40,762 bases of DNA from a virus (lineage: Duplodnaviria > Caudoviricetes). Of the stretch, positions 16,446 through 25,305 are shown piece by piece. A model generated the notes under the pieces. The model searched no databases and had not been told where the DNA came from. It saw only the letters and a program-made list of their open reading frames with translations. Numbering within the stretch: position 1 is the stretch's first letter; the number at the start of each line of letters is the position of its first letter. Made by a program: the position numbers and the translations under genes. The stretch lies in the IMG/VR virus record IMGVR_UViG_3300040971_000149, positions 1 to 40,762 of that record; one strand, given 5' to 3'.

Positions 16446-17754
16446 CCACGCCTCCGTACGCCCGATAGAGCGTCATGATTTTCGGGTCATACTGCTTCCC
16501 GGCCAGCAGGCCGGCGTACACTTCCGAGACCAGTTCCAACGGTCCGGACGTCGCGTATTCGCTTACGCCGTCCCGAACCAGATGCGCAACCCTGGGATTC
16601 AGGCGCGGTGCCGCATGCAACGCGTCGTAACGCAACGGGGCCGCATAGCGGACCATGGAATGGCCGAGTTCATGCCGGATGACATGCTTGGGCTCCCCTG
16701 TGGACCAAAACTTCTTCTCGTACTGAAGCGAGGTTTGCTCCAGCAGGGCGCTGAAGGCAAAATTCGGATTGATTGCCAGCGTATTTTCCCGCGCAATGTA
16801 CGCCATGGGGGAATCCGGATCATTTACGAACACCTCGGGCATGACCCGCACCAACTCCGGACACCCGATGCCCAGCTCGTGCGCTTCGGCTAAGCCGGCG
16901 TTGACGTAGTTGGCCACACCCAGTGACTGCCGTTCACTGAGCCCGGCATAATCGACCTGTGCCCCAGCCTCCAAGGCAAAAGCCCGCGCTTCATCCATGC
17001 TCGCAGACTTGCGAAACTTGATAAACCGTGGCTTCGCCAGCCGATCCTCCAGCTCCGCCCGCATCCAATCCGGGTAACGCGACAGATCCGGCTGCCAGAA
17101 CTCCTTGCCCGGATTGCCCTCGAAACCCTTGTCCGGCATGAGCGGCCGCGCCGGCATGGGGCCGTTCGGGCCGATCGGCTCGATCAGCTCTCCCAGGCCG
17201 TTGCCGTCCCGCACCTCCAGGCCGCGCTCTCGCACCTGGCGTTCGGACAGGGTCTTGACCTTGCACCGGCAGCGGTGCCCGTTGGGCGGATACCAGGTGT
17301 CCCAGAAGGGGCTGTCAGCCCGGTACACGCGGCCGTGCAAGGCCCGGTGCGTGGGCCGGGTGCGGGAGTCGTTGACCGCGCTGTATTGCCAGTAGGGTCT
17401 GGCATCGGCCACGGCCATCATCTGCTTGTAGCGCCCCACGTTGTAGGCGGTCTGGATGTTCGTCCTAAAGATCGTGTCCACGCGCCAGGCCGCCTTGCCA
17501 GTCCAGCCGTTCTCCTCCCAGACGTGGGCCAGGCTCTTCTTCCAGTCGCCAAAGGATTGGCCGGATTCCAAAACCCGCGTCATGCTGTCGAAGACCTCCT
17601 GCAGCATGGACGCCCGCGCCAGCTTGGACACGGTGAAAGCCCGCACACGGTATTGCTCGGCCAGACGGTAGAACTGGCCCGGCTTCAAGAGGACCTTGGA
17701 CCGCCAGAACTCCACGGCCTCGGCCATGGGCAGGGGCTTGAGGTCAACGGCCAT
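16426..17754 (-). CDS. MuF (Mu gp30-like) head protein with C-terminal HExxH metallopeptidase-like extension
   Basis: MuF motifs IFRTNIQTAY, YSAVNDSRTRPTH, YPPNGHRCRC, PDKGF; then HELGH (16660-16674) and SEYA....E..SE. Confidence 0.88.
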   Translation of the reverse strand: MAVDLKPLPMAEAVEFWRSKVLLKPGQFYRLAEQYRVRAFTVSKLARASMLQEVFDSMTRVLESGQSFGDWKKSLAHVWEENGWTGKAAWRVDTIFRTNIQTAYNVGRYKQMMAVADARPYWQYSAVNDSRTRPTHRALHGRVYRADSPFWDTWYPPNGHRCRCKVKTLSERQVRERGLEVRDGNGLGELIEPIGPNGPMPARPLMPDKGFEGNPGKEFWQPDLSRYPDWMRAELEDRLAKPRFIKFRKSASMDEARAFALEAGAQVDYAGLSERQSLGVANYVNAGLAEAHELGIGCPELVRVMPEVFVNDPDSPMAYIARENTLAINPNFAFSALLEQTSLQYEKKFWSTGEPKHVIRHELGHSMVRYAAPLRYDALHAAPRLNPRVAHLVRDGVSEYATSGPLELVSEVYAGLLAGKQYDPKIMTLYRAYGGVDVRIKN

Positions 17755-17769
17755 GAGCTACCCCTTGCC

Positions 17770-17866
17770 CGTCATTGCGAGAAGTCTTCGACGAAGCAAT
17801 CCAGGAAGCCTGGACATGGGCGAAAAAGACATGGATTGCCACGGCCGAAGCGGCCTCGCAATGACG
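17770..17866. repeat. REP/RPE-like palindromic element between portal and MuF
   Basis: Terminal IR CGTCATTGCGAG/CTCGCAATGACG and inner IR GCAATCCA/TGGATTGC. Confidence 0.75.
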
Positions 17867-17873
17867 TGGAAAA

Positions 17874-19421
17874 TTATGCTCCGTCATCGTCCGCACCCAC
17901 CACGGCCCGCCCGTGCATGTCCGCCGCGACCAGGCCTCGCTGCAGGAGGTCCTCCAGATCCGGATCGGCCTGATCCATGGCCGCCAGGAGGAGCATTTTC
18001 AGATCCTCGAAATCCTTGGCTTGGCGGATCAGTGTGTCGATGTCCGCGCCGATGCGGGCCGTGATGCCCACGGCGTCCGGCATGATGGCCCCGATCAGGC
18101 CCTCCAGGGCCTGCTGGTCCGGGGTGAATGCGGGGCGCCGAAGGGCAGCCGCCGCAAACTCCGGCCCACCCGCACCCTGGCCCTTACCACCCGGTTCCAC
18201 TGTCGCCCCTTCCACCTCGAACTCATCCTCGGCTAGGCCGTATCTGCGCGTGAAGTGCGGCCGCGTGAATCTGACCCCAGCCTCTTTGAGTTTTTTGTCC
18301 AGATCAGCCTGGGCCGAATGGTCCTCTGGCTTCACGAAGGCAAACGTCGGTGTGGGCACGCCGGGCGCGTTGACCTGGCCATAGGTCCAGGCCAGATTTT
18401 CCATGAATGTGCAGATCAGGGTTTCGTCGGCATCACGCAGATCGCCCAGCACGTCATAGTGCGTCTCGGACGCGGCCCTGGACCCGTTGCTGCCGATGTC
18501 GGCGGTCAGGGTCTGGCCCATGAGCACCATGGCGATGGCGCTGTCCATGTAGCGGACAAGGGCCGGGTGCAGGTCTCCGGCCGTGCCGGTGATGGTGTGC
18601 ACGTTGACCTCGGATCCGGCGGTGACCACGGCCACGGCGTCCTGCACCATCTGGGACAAATTGCTGAGCATGTCCTGGCGCTCGGCCTTGAGCGCCCCAG
18701 ACCTGGCCTTGCCGATGACCCAGGGCATCCCGAACCGTTCGCACAAGGTGGTCCAGAAGCGGATGCCGCCTTTTTTGATGGCCACGGGCCACAAACAGCG
18801 ACTCAGCAGGCGCAGACCGTAGGGGTTGGACGCGTCCGGAAAGTGCCGAACGGCCACGGCCTTGTCCTCGGGCACCGGCTCGGCCAACGCGCCCTGCAGG
18901 CCCTTGAACTTGAGCACGTCGTCACTGTCCCAGCCAAACCACTCATGCGGACGCTGGCGCAATCTGGCTATGCGCATGCGGCCCTGCACGGCCTGCCAGA
19001 CGATCTCGAACACCGTGGACCCGAAGAATGGGGCGTCCAACACCTGGGACCACAGGTTGTAGAGGTCGATATCCTCCAGGTCCGCGCGCAGATCCGACGC
19101 CAGACGCTCAGCCTCGGGCGTGGCATTGGCATCGCCGACCTTGCCCGCGGCCAGGGTGAATTCCTTTTTCTTGAGCGTGCCGACCTTGCGCAGCTGAATC
19201 GACGACAGAACCTTGGGATCGGCCGTCAGCTCCCGCAACACCTGTACCCCGTCGCCGGTCTTGACCAGTACGGGGTCCGGATCGGGCAGGTACCCAATCC
19301 AGGCGGACGGGTCGAAGCCCATGGCCGCGTTTGGTGTGTACAACTCACGCGCCAGGTCCTCGCGGCCCGGCGCTTCAAACTCGACGAACGTGTCGGGAGA
19401 TGTCCAGATTCCGGCCATCAA
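17874..19421 (-). CDS. Portal protein (Mu gp29/DUF935-like)
   Basis: LPDPDPVL, NPYG.RLLS...WP, ERFGMP, LMGQTLT motifs. Confidence 0.93.
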   Translation of the reverse strand: MMAGIWTSPDTFVEFEAPGREDLARELYTPNAAMGFDPSAWIGYLPDPDPVLVKTGDGVQVLRELTADPKVLSSIQLRKVGTLKKKEFTLAAGKVGDANATPEAERLASDLRADLEDIDLYNLWSQVLDAPFFGSTVFEIVWQAVQGRMRIARLRQRPHEWFGWDSDDVLKFKGLQGALAEPVPEDKAVAVRHFPDASNPYGLRLLSRCLWPVAIKKGGIRFWTTLCERFGMPWVIGKARSGALKAERQDMLSNLSQMVQDAVAVVTAGSEVNVHTITGTAGDLHPALVRYMDSAIAMVLMGQTLTADIGSNGSRAASETHYDVLGDLRDADETLICTFMENLAWTYGQVNAPGVPTPTFAFVKPEDHSAQADLDKKLKEAGVRFTRPHFTRRYGLAEDEFEVEGATVEPGGKGQGAGGPEFAAAALRRPAFTPDQQALEGLIGAIMPDAVGITARIGADIDTLIRQAKDFEDLKMLLLAAMDQADPDLEDLLQRGLVAADMHGRAVVGADDDGA

Positions 19422-20947
19422 AACCCCCTGAACATTTGGCTTGAGTGAGAGGTCATGGCGGACAGGGCCTCGAATGGCTCGCCACCTTCCATCCTCTTGA
19501 TTGCATACACCAACATGGCCCCAGCCACGGCGGCATCACCGTGGCGCTTGCCGCTGCCGTCCTCGGTGCGCACGTCCGGGATCTTGGGCACGCCGCGCAC
19601 TCGTTTGATGGCGCGGTAATCGTCAAGGATCGCCGCGTCCTTGGGCAGGTCCATGGTCCGGTCCTCGAACTGCGATTTCAGCAGCGGCATGACCTCCCGG
19701 TACCAGGACTCGGACAGCATGACCTCGGCGATGCGGTCTGGCCCGTATTTCTGGCGCATCAATTCGGCCAGGGCCTGCCCGTTGCCACGCGCGTCCATTG
19801 CCCCGGAGCGAAATTGCGGCATGCGGTCCACCAGGTAGAACATGATCTGCTCCTGGGTGCGAAACGGGCAGTCGCGCAGCTCCAGGATGAACCTGGTGGC
19901 GATGTCCAGGGTCGCGGTTTCCTGCCCGACATGGATCACGGACAGGTCCACGGTGCGGCCAAAGTCCTGGCCGAAATGATGCGTCCAGCGCGGATTCAGG
20001 CCCGTGAGCAGATCCAACAGGTGCTCATCGCACCAATCCCAGGTCCAGCCGTGGGCGCGGTCCAGGGGCCAGTCCACGAAGTCCTTGGCCGGCGGTTCCC
20101 AGCGCACGACCGGGATATCCGGTTTCATGACGCTTTCGATCATGTTGCGCGGCAGGTAGATGCCCGTGCCCGAGGACGGGATGCAGAACAGTTCTTCGTC
20201 CGCGTCCGCGCCATACGATTTGATGATCTTGGCCCGATACTCGCGTTCCGCCTCTTCGGTCCACACCAGACCACGCACCAAGCAGATTCTGCGATAAAGG
20301 CCGTCTGCCAGGGCCTCGTCAAAATCGATATGATGAACGGAATACGGCAGGCGGCCTGCACGGCAGTCTTCAATCAAGGTGTTAAATGGGTTATCCTGCC
20401 CGAATTGTGTGCTGATGATCACGACCTGGCCACCCCACATGAGCAGCGCCAGGGCCGCCTTCAGAAGCCCGGCCAGGTCGTCGTGGAACGCGGCCTCATC
20501 AAGAACAACACGGCCCTGACGTCCGCGCAGATTTGTCGGGCGGCTCGACAGAGCCACGACCTCATGCCCGGAAGCAAAGGTAATACGAAATGCCGTAATA
20601 TTTTTGTCCGGATCAGGATCTTTGAATATGTATTCTTCGATCTCGGTACAGACTTTGTTATAAGCCTTGGCCCACCAGGCACATGTCTGGATGTACTCCC
20701 GGGTCATCTCCTGGTTGTAGCCAATGTAGAGCACGTCCATGCCGTCCCGGCCTTCGGTGGCCGCCACCAGCACATCGTCTGCGGCTTCTGCCCATGTCAG
20801 CCCAATCCGGCGGGACTTATCTCCGATTTTGACTTCCGACTGATCCGCAGCCCATCTCTGTTGATACCCGAGCAATACCGGCGGCGCGGTATCAGATTCG
20901 TGCTCCCCAAAGGAAAAGAGTTTGGCGTCCGGCAGATGAACCGTCAT
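19418..20947 (-). CDS. Terminase large subunit (Mu gp28-like)
   Basis: KSRRIGLTWAEA, LRGRQG.VVLDEAAFH, GQDFGR, HGDAA motifs. Confidence 0.95.
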   Translation of the reverse strand: MTVHLPDAKLFSFGEHESDTAPPVLLGYQQRWAADQSEVKIGDKSRRIGLTWAEAADDVLVAATEGRDGMDVLYIGYNQEMTREYIQTCAWWAKAYNKVCTEIEEYIFKDPDPDKNITAFRITFASGHEVVALSSRPTNLRGRQGRVVLDEAAFHDDLAGLLKAALALLMWGGQVVIISTQFGQDNPFNTLIEDCRAGRLPYSVHHIDFDEALADGLYRRICLVRGLVWTEEAEREYRAKIIKSYGADADEELFCIPSSGTGIYLPRNMIESVMKPDIPVVRWEPPAKDFVDWPLDRAHGWTWDWCDEHLLDLLTGLNPRWTHHFGQDFGRTVDLSVIHVGQETATLDIATRFILELRDCPFRTQEQIMFYLVDRMPQFRSGAMDARGNGQALAELMRQKYGPDRIAEVMLSESWYREVMPLLKSQFEDRTMDLPKDAAILDDYRAIKRVRGVPKIPDVRTEDGSGKRHGDAAVAGAMLVYAIKRMEGGEPFEALSAMTSHSSQMFRGF

Positions 20948-21540
20948 TTGATCCCCAGGATCTGTTTGCGGATGGCGTTGGCGCTTTCCAGCGTGAGGCC
21001 CTTGTTCTGTGGCGTGTCAGTCTCATCCTTGGGCCGGAGCTGGGCCAGGTAGTCCATGGCCTGCTTGATGTCCTTGATGGCCTTGAAGTCGACCTGGGCA
21101 GGGTCCGCCAGCAGCATGCCCAGCTTCAACCGCACGGCCTCTTCCAGGGCCTCCGGGATGTCGGCAGTGGACCGGATGTCCGCCGGCTGCGCGGTGGCCT
21201 GTTCCAGGATCTTCCCGGCCCGGGCGGCCTCTTGCTGCTTCATAGCCAGGCTTTCCAATGCACTGACCGCGAAACTGAGCTGGCTGGCTTCCATGCCACT
21301 GGTGGCCCCGACCAGACGTTCCAGGACCTTGTGACGGCCCATGATGACGTTGACCCGGATTTCGCTCTCGGCCTTGGCAATCTCCACACGCTTCTCGCGC
21401 CAGCCGTACGTGTCCGCCCACCCCTTAAGCGTGGTCGCGCTGACGCCCGTGATCTCGGCCACGCGGTCAAAGCTCAGGCGGTCGCAGCAGTACAGCTCCT
21501 GGGCCTGCCACACGGTCTCCGGCGGATGTTCCCAGCCCAT
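20944..21540 (-). CDS. Terminase small subunit (putative)
   Basis: N-terminal HTH (VAEITGVSATTLKGW...GW), C-terminal IRKQILGI; directly upstream of TerL. Confidence 0.75.
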   Translation of the reverse strand: MGWEHPPETVWQAQELYCCDRLSFDRVAEITGVSATTLKGWADTYGWREKRVEIAKAESEIRVNVIMGRHKVLERLVGATSGMEASQLSFAVSALESLAMKQQEAARAGKILEQATAQPADIRSTADIPEALEEAVRLKLGMLLADPAQVDFKAIKDIKQAMDYLAQLRPKDETDTPQNKGLTLESANAIRKQILGIK

Positions 21541-21541
21541 G

Positions 21542-21784
21542 TCAGCCTTCCAGCGCGCGGGTCAGGATGGCGATTTTGTTGTCCAGGCCGTGCAGCTCGG
21601 TCAGGCGCTCTTTCATGGCCAGGGCCAGAGAGAGGACGTGGTCGCCGTCGATCTGCTCCGGGTCGCTGGCCAGCGGCAGGGCCGCGCGCAGGCTGTCCCG
21701 GGTGGCCGTGACTTCCGCCGCGACGATCTTGCGCCGACTGCGCAGGTCCTCTCTATGCCCCATGTTTTCGCGTCGTTCGCTCAT
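21542..21784 (-). CDS. Hypothetical coiled-coil protein
   Basis: ATGA coupling within the late operon. Confidence 0.7.
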   Translation of the reverse strand: MSERRENMGHREDLRSRRKIVAAEVTATRDSLRAALPLASDPEQIDGDHVLSLALAMKERLTELHGLDNKIAILTRALEG

Positions 21785-22218
21785 TTGTTCCTCGCTTCAA
21801 TGATTGTGACCAGGCGTTCCACGGCCCTGGTGTTATTGACCACCAAGGTCTGCAGGGCGTCGGCTACGCGTTCGTAGTCCTTCACCAACTCCACGTTGTC
21901 GTTGTAGAACCGGACGGCCTCGGCGTGTTCCTTGCCCAGTTCCCGGCATACGGACTGGGTATCGGTCCGGTAGGCGTCCAGGATCTGGGCCGTCTCCTTG
22001 CGGTGGCACTCCACCATGGATGACATGTCGCCGCGAAATTCCTTGTGCATCTGTTCCATGCGCCGGGACCGGCCGTGTTCCAGGACCAGGATGACCACCA
22101 GCACAACGGCCGGGCCGGAAAAGGCCAAGGCCAGCAGGCCCGGCACGCCCAGCGCCCCGAGCACCTTGGCGATGATTTGCAGGGCCGAAACCAGGGCTGT
22201 AATTTCCTGCGGATTCAA
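21781..22218 (-). CDS. Hypothetical membrane protein
   Basis: AAGGAGG RBS before TTG; hydrophobic N-terminus followed by coiled coil. Confidence 0.7.
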   Translation of the reverse strand: MNPQEITALVSALQIIAKVLGALGVPGLLALAFSGPAVVLVVILVLEHGRSRRMEQMHKEFRGDMSSMVECHRKETAQILDAYRTDTQSVCRELGKEHAEAVRFYNDNVELVKDYERVADALQTLVVNNTRAVERLVTIIEARNK

Positions 22219-22228
22219 GGGGCCTCCT

Positions 22229-22495
22229 TCACGATAAATGAGAATTGCGGTCGTATTCGTCCTGACACCCGACGCACCGTAGCGGCCCGTCGATGGCCCG
22301 CAACCGGCGCGGGTCAATCTCTTCCTCGCAGTCGATGCAGGTCGTCTGCGTCCGGCCAGGGATGTGGCTCATGCCACCTACCGCCGCCAGCGACGCGGCC
22401 AAAAACAGCCGCTCCATGACCTGGCTCTGGTCGGCTTCGTCGCCACGGCGGTCGTCTGCCTCCTCGGGCAGGATCGGAGCATGCGGGCTACTCAT
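22229..22495 (-). CDS. TraR/DksA-family C4 zinc-finger protein
   Basis: DEAD acidic tip; CIDCEEEI...RL.A.....RCVGCQ. Confidence 0.85.
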   Translation of the reverse strand: MSSPHAPILPEEADDRRGDEADQSQVMERLFLAASLAAVGGMSHIPGRTQTTCIDCEEEIDPRRLRAIDGPLRCVGCQDEYDRNSHLS

Positions 22496-22823
22496 CGACC
22501 TGGCTCCCAGTCGTTTCGCTTTGACTCCCCTCCTGCAAAGGAGGGGTGGCCCGCAGGGACGGGGTGGTCTGCCTTTCATAGCATTCCACACAGGCCCGCA
22601 GCCCGCCGATATACCCGCGCAGCAGATCATCCCGCAGCATCAGCGCCTCGACATTGCCCGGCCCGTCCAGGGGCAGGGTGCCGTTGATCTCCGGTAGCTC
22701 GGGCGCGATCGGCGCCGGGCATTCGACCACCGCCGCAGTTACATGTAACGGCGCGGGCCGTGCCGTGGCGCAGCTACAGAGGGCGATTGAGCCGATCAGC
22801 AACAGCAGTGCGCGTCGCATCAT
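22488..22823 (-). CDS. o-spanin (Rz1-like lipoprotein)
   Basis: Signal peptide with lipobox LCSC; Pro-rich; overlaps the i-spanin end; GGAGG RBS. Confidence 0.75.
   Translation of the reverse strand: MMRRALLLLIGSIALCSCATARPAPLHVTAAVVECPAPIAPELPEINGTLPLDGPGNVEALMLRDDLLRGYIGGLRACVECYERQTTPSLRATPPLQEGSQSETTGSQVDE
22525..22568. repeat. REP-like element within the o-spanin C-terminus
   Basis: CTCCCCTCC-TGCAAA-GGAGGGG-TGGCCCGCAGGGACGGGGTGGT double hairpin; encodes TTPSLRATPPLQEGS. Confidence 0.5.
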
Positions 22824-23214
22824 CGATAACCTCCCGTAGGGGCGAAAAATCTTTCGCCCTTACCTCGGTTCGCATGGCGTCCAAAATTCGTTTTCGCGCC
22901 ACGGCCGCGCCCGCCGCCTCGGCCTCGCGGGCCTGGGCCTGGCGCAGGCTGTCCTGCACAAACCCCGTGGCATTGCGGGCCAGGGCCAGCGTGACCTCCA
23001 GACGGACGATGTCCGACCTGGCCCCGGCCAGTTCGGCCCGGGTTGCATTGTGGGCCACCTGACAGGCCTGGATCTCCCGCGCCGCGTCAGCCCGGGCAGC
23101 GTCGAGGCGCAGGCCCTGCACGTAGGCCCAGGCGCAGGCGGCCAAGACCATCGCGCCCAGTAGGGGCAAAAAATTTTTTGCCCCAACGAACCGCAACACA
23201 TTATTCAGCAACAT
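22774..23214 (-). CDS. i-spanin (Rz-like)
   Basis: N-terminal TM followed by Ala-rich coiled coil; follows endolysin. Confidence 0.75.
   Translation of the reverse strand: MLLNNVLRFVGAKNFLPLLGAMVLAACAWAYVQGLRLDAARADAAREIQACQVAHNATRAELAGARSDIVRLEVTLALARNATGFVQDSLRQAQAREAEAAGAAVARKRILDAMRTEVRAKDFSPLREVIDDATRTAVADRLNRPL
22836..22863 (+). repeat. GTAG-type REP palindrome, copy 1 (inside i-spanin)
   Basis: GTAGGGGCGAAAAATCTTTCGCCCTTAC. Confidence 0.75.
23160..23187 (+). repeat. GTAG-type REP palindrome, copy 2 (inside i-spanin)
   Basis: GTAGGGGCAAAAAATTTTTTGCCCCAAC. Confidence 0.75.
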
Positions 23215-23833
23215 CACACCCTCCCATGCCCCACCCGGCCGCCCGATAGAGATTTGTCCAGCGGTGCAGGATCCGCGTCGGATAGGCCCTGTTTTCCCGG
23301 AAATTCGGGCCAGACCGCCCAGCGTTGTGCAGTGCCACATGGTCCCACAGGCCAGGATCCAGCCCGGCCAGTCTGGTCTGCTCCTGATCCCTCCACACCC
23401 ATCCCAGCCCCCCGTTGTACGCGCTCAGGGCCATGGCCCAGCGGTCGCAGTCCGAGGCCGCGCGGATCCGTTTCCAGAGCCACCGATCATAGCTGACCAT
23501 GGCCCGGATGGCCCACGCCGGGCTGTACGGCAGGGGCTCTCCCGTCTCCGGAGCCACCTGGGGCAACCAACGCGCAGTCGCGGGCATGAACTGCGCCAGC
23601 CCTTGGGCGCCTGCAGGCGAGACAGCCTGCCCATCCCAGCGGCTCTCCTGGTGGATCTGCCCGGCAAACGTCGCGACCGGCGCGTCCATACCCCAAGTGG
23701 CCCGGGCCTCGCGGGTCAACAACGCCCGATGCCGCCGGGCCTGATCCGGGATCTCTCCCGGCATGGCCCAGGTGGCCAGGGCCAGCAGCAGGCCCAGGGC
23801 GATGAGGATGATCGGGGCGATGCGACGGATCAT
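23201..23833 (-). CDS. Endolysin, SLT-type lytic transglycosylase with N-terminal hydrophobic anchor
   Basis: QES.W...AVS..GA.GL.QFMP.TA, AYNGG.G and ENR.YP motifs. Confidence 0.92.
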   Translation of the reverse strand: MIRRIAPIILIALGLLLALATWAMPGEIPDQARRHRALLTREARATWGMDAPVATFAGQIHQESRWDGQAVSPAGAQGLAQFMPATARWLPQVAPETGEPLPYSPAWAIRAMVSYDRWLWKRIRAASDCDRWAMALSAYNGGLGWVWRDQEQTRLAGLDPGLWDHVALHNAGRSGPNFRENRAYPTRILHRWTNLYRAAGWGMGGCDVAE

Positions 23834-24003
23834 TGCAGGTCCGTGGCAACGGGCGGCGCCCACGTCTCGCCGTCGAATGTCCAGCCAGCGCGGACCTGAT
23901 CGATCAGCTCGGGGGGGATGTCGAGCCAGGTCATGGATGGGTGAACCGGGAAACCGTCGTGGTGAATGTCAACGACTTTGTCCTGATAAATAAGCGCCTT
24001 CAT
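23830..24003 (-). CDS. Small fibre-chaperone-like protein (57 aa)
   Basis: Hand translation MKALIYQDKVVDIHHDGFPVHPSMTWLDIPPELIDQVRAGWTFDGETWAPPVATDLQ; coupled at both ends; V..GW.FDG....PP resembles fibre-assembly N-domains. Confidence 0.7.
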   Translation of the reverse strand: MKALIYQDKVVDIHHDGFPVHPSMTWLDIPPELIDQVRAGWTFDGETWAPPVATDLQ

Positions 24004-24702
24004 TTATTCGTACTCCTCAACTATACAAATACCGTCGCCACCGGCTTTTCCTACTGTCGCGACGGAAGATACTCCGAGCATATGCCCCCCTGCGCCACCA
24101 CCATATTTTCCGCCAAGTTCACTGTATGTACCGCCAAACCCCAATACGCTAGATCCGCCAGAAATTGAGTACGAGTATAAATTACTGCTACATACTATAA
24201 TGACACGCGCCGGAGACTCCCCAGCAATGTTTATATCTCCACCAACACCAACACCTCCAACAATAATGCTTCCATAAATTGCCCCATTAGCTGGTCCAAG
24301 CGCCGAACCGCCTGCTCCACCTGTAGCGGAGCAATGTGATCCAAAAGACGTTGTACCACCCACACTTCCACCACTACCCGCAGGTGGGGCTGCGCCACCT
24401 GATCCAATGGTGACCGCTTCTGTGGCGTCTAGCTCGCTCGCTTGGATATTTTTTTCGCAATACCCACCGCCAGCGGCTGACATGCCCAGCGAAAATTGGG
24501 ATGATGTTGTGGCCTTTCCACCTCCACTAGACCCGCCGCCACCCACGAGCCTGACCCGAGCAAATTTGAGCCAATCCGGCTTTTCATACGCCCCGGACTC
24601 AGTAAACGTCGTCACCCGCCGCAACCGCCCACCCGTGCTACTCACAGGCAACTGGCCGCGCAGCTGGCCGTCCTTGTCTCGGATCTCGACAAAATTACTC
24701 AT
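24004..24702 (-). CDS. Glycine-rich fibre-like virion protein
   Basis: FTESG.Y.KP, VRLVGGGG, VTIGSGG, GGTTSFG..CSATGG, G.DG.CIVEEY; lower GC. Confidence 0.75.
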   Translation of the reverse strand: MSNFVEIRDKDGQLRGQLPVSSTGGRLRRVTTFTESGAYEKPDWLKFARVRLVGGGGSSGGGKATTSSQFSLGMSAAGGGYCEKNIQASELDATEAVTIGSGGAAPPAGSGGSVGGTTSFGSHCSATGGAGGSALGPANGAIYGSIIVGGVGVGGDINIAGESPARVIIVCSSNLYSYSISGGSSVLGFGGTYSELGGKYGGGAGGHMLGVSSVATVGKAGGDGICIVEEYE

Positions 24703-24917
24703 GATACAGCTCCAAACGTTAAATACCCCGTCCCGCTCGGATCAGGGACAGGATGACCGTCAATGTAGATCGCATTGGCCGGGACTGTCGGTGTCGGCTC
24801 TACTGCCGCGCCCAGCCTCTGCTGTAATTGCAGGGCCGGGATCCGGCCCAGGGCAGCCAGGCTCCTGGCCGCGCGGTCCGGGCGCCGTCCGCCGGGTAGG
24901 ATCTCGTCACAGCTCAC
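24699..24917 (-). CDS. Hypothetical protein
   Basis: Overlapping start/stop coupling on both sides. Confidence 0.55.
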   Translation of the reverse strand: MSCDEILPGGRRPDRAARSLAALGRIPALQLQQRLGAAVEPTPTVPANAIYIDGHPVPDPSGTGYLTFGAVS

Positions 24918-25303
24918 TGATCCAGCCCCACCACGGTCACGTCGCCGGTCCCGGTAAAATGCAGGGCGTCCACGACCCCGGCCGTGTTGTCGATGTAGAA
25001 GGGCTCGTTCGCCACGAGAGGGTACGCCCCCGGGTTGTCGGCCACGTTGGCCGTGACCGTGATGCCCGTGTCGGCGGTGCGGATCTGGATGTAGCGGTAC
25101 CCGAGCAGCTCATCCACGCTGCCCGGAGACTCCACCGCGTGGACATGGCCCAGGGCATAGTGCGGCTCGTCACTCGTCTTGGTCCACCCCGTGCCCAGGA
25201 TCCGGTACGTCTGAATGGACTCCCCCGGCTCGACCATCACGTTGTTGCCAGCCAGGTTCGGGACGATCGCTGTGGTGCCAGTTGCATTGGTGTAAGTCGG
25301 CAT
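24914..25303 (-). CDS. Hypothetical beta-rich protein (possibly structural)
   Basis: Thr/Val/Gly-rich ORF with phage-like codon usage directly after the holin. Confidence 0.7.
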   Translation of the reverse strand: MPTYTNATGTTAIVPNLAGNNVMVEPGESIQTYRILGTGWTKTSDEPHYALGHVHAVESPGSVDELLGYRYIQIRTADTGITVTANVADNPGAYPLVANEPFYIDNTAGVVDALHFTGTGDVTVVGLDQ

Positions 25304-25305
25304 GG

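Noticed and set aside
19445-21052. Long plus-strand ORFs (e.g. 535, 483, 457, 414 and 397 aa)
   Set aside because: They lie antisense to well-supported genes in high-GC DNA and have no motifs or RBS; they are shadow ORFs.
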